From NCBI GenBank assembly GCA_964607415.1, contig CAZSKK010000001.1:4190-68189 (forward strand): a stretch of DNA of 64,000 nt, read 5' to 3'. This document shows, one piece after another, positions 56,495 through 64,000 of the stretch (positions are counted from its first letter, which is position 1; the number at the start of each line of letters is the position of its first letter). A program made the position numbers and the translations under genes. The notes under the pieces were generated by a model, which was given only the letters and a program-made list of their open reading frames with translations, had not been told where the DNA came from and searched no databases. The DNA is from an uncultured Candidatus Saccharibacteria bacterium (lineage in GTDB: Bacteria > Patescibacteriota > Dojkabacteria > J137).

Positions 56495-56908
56495 TTAAAG
56501 TGTTGCTATGAACTGTTTCACTTCTTGTGGTAATTTCTCAAAGCTTTCTTTATGGTGCAGCTCTAATATCTCATCGTAATTAAAATATCTAGCATCTACT
56601 AAATCATCTCCTGCCGTAGGTTCATCGTTACTAGTACATAAGAAGACAGTACCGTGACTTTTTGAATCTCCAACTACAAGTTCATATTCGCTAAGCTTCC
56701 TAATTATAGTTAGAGCCATATTAAGCTCTTCCTTCATTTCTCTTATTAGAGTATCTTCAATTAATTCATCGCCATCAGCTTTTCCACCTGGAAAATGCCA
56801 AGCATCATTTAAAAAATGTCCAGGTCTATTTCCCTTTTTTCCCATTAATACTTTCTTATCTTTTACTATAATAGCAATCACTCCTCTTCTTATATATTCA
56901 CTTGCCAT
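56495..56908 (-). CDS. NUDIX hydrolase
   Basis: W.FPGGK..E..REMKEEL, AGDD..A.YF. Confidence 0.88.
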   Translation of the reverse strand: MASEYIRRGVIAIIVKDKKVLMGKKGNRPGHFLNDAWHFPGGKADGDELIEDTLIREMKEELNMALTIIRKLSEYELVVGDSKSHGTVFLCTSNDEPTAGDDLVDARYFNYDEILELHHKESFEKLPQEVKQFIATL

Positions 56909-56918
56909 AATAATATTA

Positions 56919-57305
56919 TTAAATATATTTAATTAATTCTTTTGGACTTAAAGCATATCCATCAAACAATACATCTCTACTAACTTCTTGATCTTTCATT
57001 AAAGCATAGATTGGTTTCTTCATTGCATAAGCATATGCAAGTTCCATAGTTACACTATTTCCACAATAGCCTTCTTTATTATAAATGAAGACTACATCAG
57101 CTCTTTCAATTAAGTCGAAATATTCTATAGTAAGACCTTTATATAACTTTCTCAAAGCAGCTTCAGATAGTTTGTCCCAATCATCTGTTCTAAATCCAAG
57201 TTTTGGATAGATTACCCTAAATCCAGCATCTTCAAGTTCTTTAGCAAAGTTTTCAATTTCCTCACCTGCTTTTTTAATTGATCCACTAATTACTATAGTT
57301 TTCAT
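56919..57305 (-). CDS. Nucleoside 2-deoxyribosyltransferase-like protein
   Basis: I.ISGS, I..ADVV..N..GY.G.SV.MELAYA..KP; catalytic-type Glu retained. Confidence 0.75.
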   Translation of the reverse strand: MKTIVISGSIKKAGEEIENFAKELEDAGFRVIYPKLGFRTDDWDKLSEAALRKLYKGLTIEYFDLIERADVVFIYNKEGYCGNSVTMELAYAYAMKKPIYALMKDQEVSRDVLFDGYALSPKELIKYI

Positions 57306-57311
57306 AATATA

Positions 57312-58232
57312 TTAATTAAAAATATCCCAATCAAAATCTCTTAGAAACTCTTGATGTAATCTAATTCTTCTTGTACTAAATTCATTTAATTCTTCAGAAT
57401 AATATGCAAGATATTCAATAACTCTTGATAACCAGTACAAAGTGTCCAATTTCTTTTCTGCTTTAGTATAATTCATTAATTTGTAATATTCATGAATAGC
57501 TTTATCTCCTAAATTAAAGTGCCAGATATACATTCTTATTCTTGCGAAATCATAGATCGGGTCTCCGTACATTGCTTCACCCCAATCTATTATTGCCGCT
57601 AATTCATCAGTTTCAGAATTCACGAATAGATTCCTTTGGTTAAAGTCAGAATTCAATAGAGAATAGTTTGAATCTATAAATTTATTCTTTGAAATTACTT
57701 CAATAATTTTGTCTATAGAGTCTAAAATTAATTGCTTATCTAATCCCTCTCGCTTAGATATTTTAACCCAATCTAAATTAGAATTATCACCATTGAAAAA
57801 AGAGAGTAAGAAATCTTTCCATAAATTATATTTTTGATGCGAGTTTAGGTATCCTGCTTTATCAGATTTAACTCTATGTAGTTTCTCCAGATTTTCCACC
57901 ATTGAAGGTATATATTTGCTCATTTCCATGCCTTCAATAGTTTCTAATAATGGAGCTGAAATCTTTTCTAAAATTACAATAGATTTTCCTTCAAAGGTAA
58001 AGCTATCAATGAGTTTCGGTACTGCTAGGTCAACATTTGATTGTTGAAGTATTCTTAAAACGTTAGCATCATTATTATTCTCTTCGCTTTGTTTAATTGC
58101 ATATTCATTGCTATTTTCATCCTTTAAAAAAACTACAGAGCTACCCATTCCTTGTGGTGGAATAGTAGAATCAACAATTATAATATTTAATCTCTTTTGT
58201 ATTTCCTCAATTAGAGCATTCATATATTCCAT
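57312..58232 (-). CDS. Aminoglycoside phosphotransferase-like kinase
   Basis: VPK, LLNSDFNQRN, IIDWGEA.YGDP.YDFAR; paralogue of 51198-52082. Confidence 0.87.
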   Translation of the reverse strand: MEYMNALIEEIQKRLNIIIVDSTIPPQGMGSSVVFLKDENSNEYAIKQSEENNNDANVLRILQQSNVDLAVPKLIDSFTFEGKSIVILEKISAPLLETIEGMEMSKYIPSMVENLEKLHRVKSDKAGYLNSHQKYNLWKDFLLSFFNGDNSNLDWVKISKREGLDKQLILDSIDKIIEVISKNKFIDSNYSLLNSDFNQRNLFVNSETDELAAIIDWGEAMYGDPIYDFARIRMYIWHFNLGDKAIHEYYKLMNYTKAEKKLDTLYWLSRVIEYLAYYSEELNEFSTRRIRLHQEFLRDFDWDIFN

Positions 58233-58746
58233 TCACTAAAATGGTTAATTTTTTCTTTAGTTCTCTTTTGATTATATCTCTAGTTCCAGTCCAGCTTAAT
58301 TCTTGATCAATAATATCTATTGGAACAAATTTTCTAAATTGCTGTAACCCGCCTGGATCTTTTATAAATTTATCAATCTTTTTTACCCTTGAGATAAATC
58401 TAAGCTGAGTAGAATCATAAATTTCTTTTCCATCTTTTATTTCATAAGCAATTACATAGAAGAATGGGATAATATATCCCTCATCAATAGTTATTGCAGT
58501 TTCTTCATAAACTTCTCGAATCAATGTTTGTTCGGGAGTCTCACCTTTTTCTCTTGTTCCACCGGGTAATCCCCACCAAGAGCCATCTGCGCTTACTAAT
58601 AGTATTTCATTCTTTTCATTAAGGATTACTCCTAAGCTCTGAGTAGGATCAGTTTCTATAATAGCAAAATCGTTATCAAAGTATTCCTTAAAAAGGATTT
58701 CTTTGTTACCGATTTTAAATTTTGTCTCATTAGTAGGCATCTTCAT
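58207..58746 (-). CDS. NUDIX hydrolase
   Basis: WGLPGG..E.GET.E..L.REV.EET. Confidence 0.88.
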   Translation of the reverse strand: MKMPTNETKFKIGNKEILFKEYFDNDFAIIETDPTQSLGVILNEKNEILLVSADGSWWGLPGGTREKGETPEQTLIREVYEETAITIDEGYIIPFFYVIAYEIKDGKEIYDSTQLRFISRVKKIDKFIKDPGGLQQFRKFVPIDIIDQELSWTGTRDIIKRELKKKLTILVNGIYECSN

Positions 58747-58750
58747 GACA

Positions 58751-59317
58751 TTATCTTCTTTTTTCTGTATATAAAGTTTTCCACCAATCAGCAGGATTAG
58801 TTTCTAATATTTGCAAGAATAAATCTTTGGCTGTTTGGCAATAAAGATCATCTGGGCTTTTTCTTTTAATCCATTTTTCCGCTTCTTTATTACCTCTCAT
58901 TATATATTCTTTTACTAATAAATACTGGTCTAATTTATCTGCATCCTTAGCGATTTTAGATTCAACACTTTCTCTTTCTGCATATTCAGACATTGTTTTA
59001 AATAAGGAGTTATCTTCTGTAATATCTTTAAGCTGATCGTTAAGTATCTCATTTTCAAAGACTTTAACATACCTTTTGTGTACCCAAGTTTGATCTCCTG
59101 ATCTTGATTCTCCTACATCATGAAAGACACACATTGTTAAAACCTTCTCAATATTTGCATTTTCAGATTTAGCAAGAAAATATCCAATTACTGAAACTCT
59201 ATGTGAGTGAGAAGAAATATTATCAGATAAATCATCCGTTAAAAAAGATTGTCTGTGTGCACGAGCAATTTTTTTGAGTGAACCTACCTCAAAAAGAAAA
59301 CCTACTATTTTCTTCAT
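58751..59317 (-). CDS. HD domain protein (YfbR/HDDC2-like 5'-deoxynucleotidase)
   Basis: E.G.LK..R, ..H.HRV, FHD..E.R.GD, AKDADKLD. Confidence 0.88.
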   Translation of the reverse strand: MKKIVGFLFEVGSLKKIARAHRQSFLTDDLSDNISSHSHRVSVIGYFLAKSENANIEKVLTMCVFHDVGESRSGDQTWVHKRYVKVFENEILNDQLKDITEDNSLFKTMSEYAERESVESKIAKDADKLDQYLLVKEYIMRGNKEAEKWIKRKSPDDLYCQTAKDLFLQILETNPADWWKTLYTEKRR

Positions 59318-59335
59318 AGTAATTTTTGATAATAA

Positions 59336-60046
59336 TTAATATCCCTCCTCATTAGTATGATATTCTTTCACTACTAATGTTCTAGGTTCTCTTCTTTCTT
59401 CAATTTTTAATCCATTTAATATTTCAGATTTATCAATCTTGTCGAACTCCTTTTTAGTAATCCAGAAGTTTTCCTGATAGGGTAGTTTTTCAATAAATAC
59501 TCCTTCAAAATCTTTAACAAAAAATTCATAGAAGATTACATCTTGTAAAATCTCTCCGTTATTATTTTTTCTTAGAATATGAGCTATTTTATCAAGTACA
59601 AATGTTTTCGCAGTTAGTCCAGTTTCTTCAAATAACTCTCTTCTTGCAGCTTCTTCGAAATCTTCACCGAATCGTATCTTTCCTGTAAGTTCTGCAATCT
59701 TTCCATAAAAAGGATGTTTTAATCTTCTAGTTAATAAAAATTCTAGTTCACCATTTGAATCTTCTCTAATACCGTAAATAAGAATTGAAGTTTTAGGTTG
59801 CCTTTCAATATCTTTAACAATATCATCCATTCGATTTGTATAATCTTTACCAAACTCTGTAAGGAGATAATATTCTTTCTCCTTCTTAACAAGACTATAA
59901 GAGATTAATCTTTTTAAATGATAATTCATGTGTACACTCTCTAATTTTTCAATCAAAAGTTGATTAAATTTAAGCTTTGGAGATAAGCTTAATTTCTTAA
60001 GTATTTCATTTTGTAAGTAGTGAAGTTGTATGTTTGATTGATTCAT
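59336..60046 (-). CDS. Winged-HTH plus NUDIX fusion (putative regulator)
   Basis: N-terminal IL..L..F..L..YHL..L..LV.K..Y.LT..G; NUDIX GK..GE..AARREL.EETG. Confidence 0.85.
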   Translation of the reverse strand: MNQSNIQLHYLQNEILKKLSLSPKLKFNQLLIEKLESVHMNYHLKRLISYSLVKKEKEYYLLTEFGKDYTNRMDDIVKDIERQPKTSILIYGIREDSNGELEFLLTRRLKHPFYGKIAELTGKIRFGEDFEEAARRELFEETGLTAKTFVLDKIAHILRKNNNGEILQDVIFYEFFVKDFEGVFIEKLPYQENFWITKKEFDKIDKSEILNGLKIEERREPRTLVVKEYHTNEEGY

Positions 60047-60203
60047 AGTTAAGGTTACTTAAAACTTACTATGAATTTATACCACGAGTTTACCTTAAAC
60101 AAGTAAAGTTAATTTTAGTTGTTACAAAACCCCTAATTTCCTTACTGCACTTCATTATCAGTAAAATATTTGTTATAATAGAACAGATTTTAACTTTAAA
60201 ACT

Positions 60204-61028
60204 ATGTATGTTGGAATTGATGTTGGCGGTACTAAAACCGCTGTAGGAATTTCTGAAAATCCTAGTGAAGTAAGATTTACGGATAGAGAGCAAGTAACCA
60301 ATACTAATGACTTTGAAAAGGATTATGAACAGATAAGAGATCTAGTTGCATATTTAGTTAACACTCGATCTATAGATGCCATAGGATTGGCTTTACCAGG
60401 AATTCTTACACCTGATAAAACAACTATTCAAAAGTGTTTAAATCTTCCAGGTTGGTCAGGCAAGCCTATTAAACAAAGGCTTGAAAATGATTTTTCTGTA
60501 CCTGTCAAAACTATACATGATGTTGCTGCTGCTGCTTTAGGAGAATACCTATATGGTAGTGCAAATGAACAAGACTATCTATTTGTTATCTGGGGTACAG
60601 GGCTTTCTAGTGCTTTATTGCGTAAACAAGATCAAGTAGTCAGTATTACCAGTGACGAATCTGGGTTTCATGTTATTGCTGCTAATTCACCGTATCCTAC
60701 ATGGGGTAGCAATTGTGCTGGTAGAGGAATAGCAAAAAAATATGGAAAAGGTGCAGGTGAATTAAATGAAGAAGAGTGGGATGAGGTCGCAGATTTCTTT
60801 GCAATCGGTCTATATAATCTGATTACAATTACAGGTACAGACTTAATTGTTGTAGGTGGTGGTGTTATGGATAAACAACAGCAACTCTTACCTAGAATAA
60901 ATGAGAAAGTTAAAGCCATATTAGAACAAAATAGACTTCAAGAGATGTTACCTGAAATTAGAGTAGCAAATCTTGGCTCAGATGCCGGTTTGTATGGCGC
61001 AATAGGCAGAACAATTACAGAAATGTAA
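60204..61028 (+). CDS. ROK family sugar kinase-like protein
   Basis: GIDVGGTK, G..PG, D..AAALGE, GTG, E.G, GGGV, AG.YGA. Confidence 0.9.
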   Translation: MYVGIDVGGTKTAVGISENPSEVRFTDREQVTNTNDFEKDYEQIRDLVAYLVNTRSIDAIGLALPGILTPDKTTIQKCLNLPGWSGKPIKQRLENDFSVPVKTIHDVAAAALGEYLYGSANEQDYLFVIWGTGLSSALLRKQDQVVSITSDESGFHVIAANSPYPTWGSNCAGRGIAKKYGKGAGELNEEEWDEVADFFAIGLYNLITITGTDLIVVGGGVMDKQQQLLPRINEKVKAILEQNRLQEMLPEIRVANLGSDAGLYGAIGRTITEM

Positions 61029-61586
61029 TTAAGCAGCTAAACTCGTGCCTGAAGTATCTTTTAATGATTTCATAAATTCTGATAGAAGTGATACTTTAAT
61101 ACTCTCGATATCTAATTCTTTTTTATTTTCTTCGATATTCTCAGGTAATTTATATTCTTTATTAACATATGCAAGGGTTAGGTGTGGTTTAAACTCTTTT
61201 TCTTTAACTTCTCTGCCTTTCACAAAACCTTCTATCTTCTTAGAGAGTTCTAATAATTGATGATCTTCGTCTTTTACTTCTAAGCATAAAACTCTGTACA
61301 AGTTCTCATAACCTTCAAAAAAGAAGAAATCTCCTAAATTTATTTTTTCTAATCCGCTATTTCGTAGCACTGATAATAATTCAGTGTCATGTATCGACTC
61401 CGGTTGCAATCCAAAAAATAGAGTACAGTGCAATGTGTCTGTCATATCTCCTCTAATATGTTCTGCAACAGGAGAATCGTACAACGATTCTTTTTTTACA
61501 AGTTTATTCACTAGTTTTTTGAAATATTGTTTATCTTGAGCAGAAAATACTATTTCTACAAAAGCATGGTCTTTTGAGTTGGACAT
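61029..61586 (-). CDS. 2H phosphoesterase (LigT/Acb1-like fold)
   Basis: Two HxT motifs: LHCTLFFG and FKPHLTLAYV. Confidence 0.85.
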   Translation of the reverse strand: MSNSKDHAFVEIVFSAQDKQYFKKLVNKLVKKESLYDSPVAEHIRGDMTDTLHCTLFFGLQPESIHDTELLSVLRNSGLEKINLGDFFFFEGYENLYRVLCLEVKDEDHQLLELSKKIEGFVKGREVKEKEFKPHLTLAYVNKEYKLPENIEENKKELDIESIKVSLLSEFMKSLKDTSGTSLAA

Positions 61587-61587
61587 T

Positions 61588-63012
61588 TTAAGATTCTAAA
61601 AATGATATTAATTCAGCACCACCTGGGCAATTCATTATAAATTCAAATACATTTGGTGTAAAGGCATTACCAGTAACAACTCTTCGACGATACCTCATGT
61701 GTGGATTTTCTCTGAAATAAGCAGGTAAGTTTGCAATACTATTTTTAACAATTTCTAAACTCTCACCTTCTAATGTCAATCCATCAATTCTAGACATCAT
61801 CTTTAGAACATTTAATACCTTCAAAGCGTCTATAGTTTCTGTATCTGGGTTTGCAAGTCTTAGTTTTCTAAATACAACATCAAAACTTAAATGGGCATTT
61901 AAGAGTTCTTTCGTAGAATTGTCAAAAATCATTCCATTTATATTTACATCTGCTGTTTTCTCCCATGATGCTGGTATTAATGGATCAATTGAGGCAATAT
62001 CATAAACCTTTCCACCAAGATAAAAACTTACTACATTTACATATTTATTAACATAATATGTTCCTTCAGGAAGTCGGACATCCTCGGTTTGTACCATTCC
62101 TAAATTATTTAACATTGCTACAATACCATCAAGATCTAGTGTAGTATTTTCAAATTTAATATCAAAGTCTCTAGGAGGATATCCAATTACTGCGTCTCTT
62201 ACAGCACCACCTGTCACATAAAAATCACTTCTACCTAAAAATCTTTCTAGAGCTTCGATTCCACCTCTTAAATTAGGATCTTCTAATACCTGTAATTTAC
62301 TTCGTTCAATCACAAGTTCTCTTAGATTTTCAGAGATACCTAATCTATGTGCAACTTCTAAAGCACGTGATCTTTTTTCATTACTTAGATCCAATAATTG
62401 ATTGAGTGCATATTCTGTATTGGCAACAGTCATTAAGTGACCTTGTTCCAAACACTCTTGAGCAGTTATTTCTTCAATTGGAAAGCCTAAATCGGCAGAG
62501 AATCTTACAACCCTTAAGATTCTACCTGGATCTCTTTGAAATCTTTCTTTAGCATTATGAATTTTTACGTGTCTAGCTCTAAAATCTGGAAGGTAATTCA
62601 TAGGGTCGTAAATTGTCCCATCCTTACCTATACAAACTAAAGATAAAGAAATATCGCTATTCCTTAACGCGGTTACTGCATCTGGTCTAGCAATAAAATC
62701 AACTGCATAACCATTCCAGCTCACTTTTACTGTTCTGAAATGATCATAGACCTTGATGACATTATCTCCGAAGTATTCAATAACTTTTTGAGCATCAAAG
62801 TTACCAAGAAAATCAAAATCATTAAATTCAGGATTCTCATCTCCTAAAATACATTTTCGAGCTGTAGATCCAAACAGAAAAAATTCCTCTTCTGTGAATT
62901 GACTTGCCATATCGAATGAAGCTCTTACAACTTCTGGTAAGTCAATAGAATGAGCTTTTGCGTCTAAAACTTCTTGTATCTGATTACTTGGTTGATCTAT
63001 TCGTTGATTCAT
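61588..63012 (-). CDS. Tandem class II nucleotidyltransferase (two CCA/poly(A) polymerase-like head domains)
   Basis: Domain 1 LFGSTAR..NDFDF..DP.RILR..RF..LGF; domain 2 VTGGAVRD..G..PRDFDI..D.NINGM. Confidence 0.85.
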   Translation of the reverse strand: MNQRIDQPSNQIQEVLDAKAHSIDLPEVVRASFDMASQFTEEEFFLFGSTARKCILGDENPEFNDFDFLGNFDAQKVIEYFGDNVIKVYDHFRTVKVSWNGYAVDFIARPDAVTALRNSDISLSLVCIGKDGTIYDPMNYLPDFRARHVKIHNAKERFQRDPGRILRVVRFSADLGFPIEEITAQECLEQGHLMTVANTEYALNQLLDLSNEKRSRALEVAHRLGISENLRELVIERSKLQVLEDPNLRGGIEALERFLGRSDFYVTGGAVRDAVIGYPPRDFDIKFENTTLDLDGIVAMLNNLGMVQTEDVRLPEGTYYVNKYVNVVSFYLGGKVYDIASIDPLIPASWEKTADVNINGMIFDNSTKELLNAHLSFDVVFRKLRLANPDTETIDALKVLNVLKMMSRIDGLTLEGESLEIVKNSIANLPAYFRENPHMRYRRRVVTGNAFTPNVFEFIMNCPGGAELISFLES

Positions 63013-63014
63013 AT

Positions 63015-63956
63015 CTATGATCTGTCTGTTTTTGTAAATCCGTGCTTGAATTTATGTTTGAAGTAAATAAAATATGCGGTATAGAAACTCATCACATACC
63101 AATAGTAGAAATATGCAAAGGGGTCAAATAATCCCACTTGAAATGGTCTTTTGATAATTATTTCTATTCTTTTCAATAAGGTTTTATTATAAAACTCTGG
63201 GTATTTTAATGCCAACTGTGCATTACCTATTGCATGCCATCTTTTCCTTTTTAGAATATTCCTAAGTTTAGAAGGATTAAGATGTAGAATTTTTATGTCA
63301 GGCATAAACATAATCTTATATCCTGCCCTTACCATCCTAATTGCAAGTTCTCTGTCTTCACTTGCCATGAAAGTTCTTTCAAATGATCCTATTTCTTCAA
63401 AAACTGATCTTTTTACAATAATACAAAAACCTTGTAAAACTCTTACATATTTACCTGAACGATAAGAATTTAGAGATCGCATATCTTCCAGATTTTCATA
63501 TTTTTGCCATTTACTTTCAATATTTGTATTAAGAGCAAAGACTGGACACAATCCTCCGATAGTTGGATCGTTGTCCATTTCTGTGAAATAAACATCTAAA
63601 TTTGTAAAGAAATTCTTAGGTAATATTACATCTCCATCAAGGAATACCACAATTTCTGTACTAGCTTGTTGATATCCAATATTCCTCGCTAAAGAGCAAG
63701 TTTTTTCTTCATCATACTTAAGCAAAGTAATATTAAATTTTTCAGGTTCTTTAAGAAAAAATGATTCTTCTTCTTTCTTTACACTTCCATTTAAAACTAC
63801 AATTGTTTTAAATGATATATTATTAATTTTTGAATCGAGAAGTGATTGAAAAGTAGAATCAAACTTTTTCAGGTGCATCCTATGTAAAGGAACAATAAAT
63901 GTTATCTCTCTAGCTTTCTTCTTGTCTTCTTTATTAATCTTATTTTTTATATCCAT
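63015..63956 (-). CDS. GT2 family glycosyltransferase
   Basis: ARN.G..A..VFLDGD, F..IG.F..EDREL..R..G, R.W..G. Confidence 0.9.
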   Translation of the reverse strand: MDIKNKINKEDKKKAREITFIVPLHRMHLKKFDSTFQSLLDSKINNISFKTIVVLNGSVKKEEESFFLKEPEKFNITLLKYDEEKTCSLARNIGYQQASTEIVVFLDGDVILPKNFFTNLDVYFTEMDNDPTIGGLCPVFALNTNIESKWQKYENLEDMRSLNSYRSGKYVRVLQGFCIIVKRSVFEEIGSFERTFMASEDRELAIRMVRAGYKIMFMPDIKILHLNPSKLRNILKRKRWHAIGNAQLALKYPEFYNKTLLKRIEIIIKRPFQVGLFDPFAYFYYWYVMSFYTAYFIYFKHKFKHGFTKTDRS

Positions 63957-64000
63957 AAAATTTCTGTCCTATAGTTTAGAAAGTCCAAGCATTTGGTACT

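Noticed and set aside
12966-61260. Many antisense or nested ORFs in the track (e.g. 12966, 16451, 17468, 20367, 24670, 28903, 36972, 38466, 38482, 40417, 49773, 55298, 60668, 61045)
   Set aside because: They overlap well-supported genes on the opposite strand or in another frame and lack recognisable motifs.
1-64000. Alternative genetic code (UGA read as Gly, as in Gracilibacteria/Absconditabacteria)
   Set aside because: Long conserved genes are intact under the standard code and TGA terminates serS and ABC-F at the expected positions.

Overview
AT-rich bacterial chromosome segment. Gene content and style suggest Patescibacteria/CPR, possibly Dojkabacteria-like (inference from dimeric GlyRS, few Shine-Dalgarno sites, NDT-RHH and HTH-NUDIX regulators, many ORFans and heptamer-repeat spacers). 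The left edge holds a truncated single-chain restriction-modification gene next to tRNA-Ser(GCT), whose 3' end is duplicated. The middle is housekeeping (hsp20 with CIRCE, prmC, HPF, rnhA, pgk, serS, T-box-controlled glyQS, miaA, a multi-domain lysS, an ATE/Bpt-like transferase, an RRM protein, a PBP with a dead transpeptidase). The right third is accessory: GIY-YIG and DUF559 nucleases embedded in REP-like palindromes, ABC-F, hemW, a two-component pair, a NUDIX/HD/APH/NDT operon, and a GT2 + tandem nucleotidyltransferase + 2H phosphoesterase operon. Most notable signals: (1) seven unrelated accessory proteins end in Glu-Ala with varying codons, a candidate C-terminal tag; (2) a DUF559 nuclease bounded by inverted palindromic ends whose non-autonomous relatives are scattered, nested and inserted in frame in prmC; (3) heptamer-repeat tracts translated inside PrmC, LysS and the ATE-like protein; (4) a double class II nucleotidyltransferase coupled to a 2H phosphoesterase; (5) three leader-peptide attenuators and a Gly T-box with an apparently ultra-short Stem I. 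All family calls come from motif recognition by eye, not database searches.
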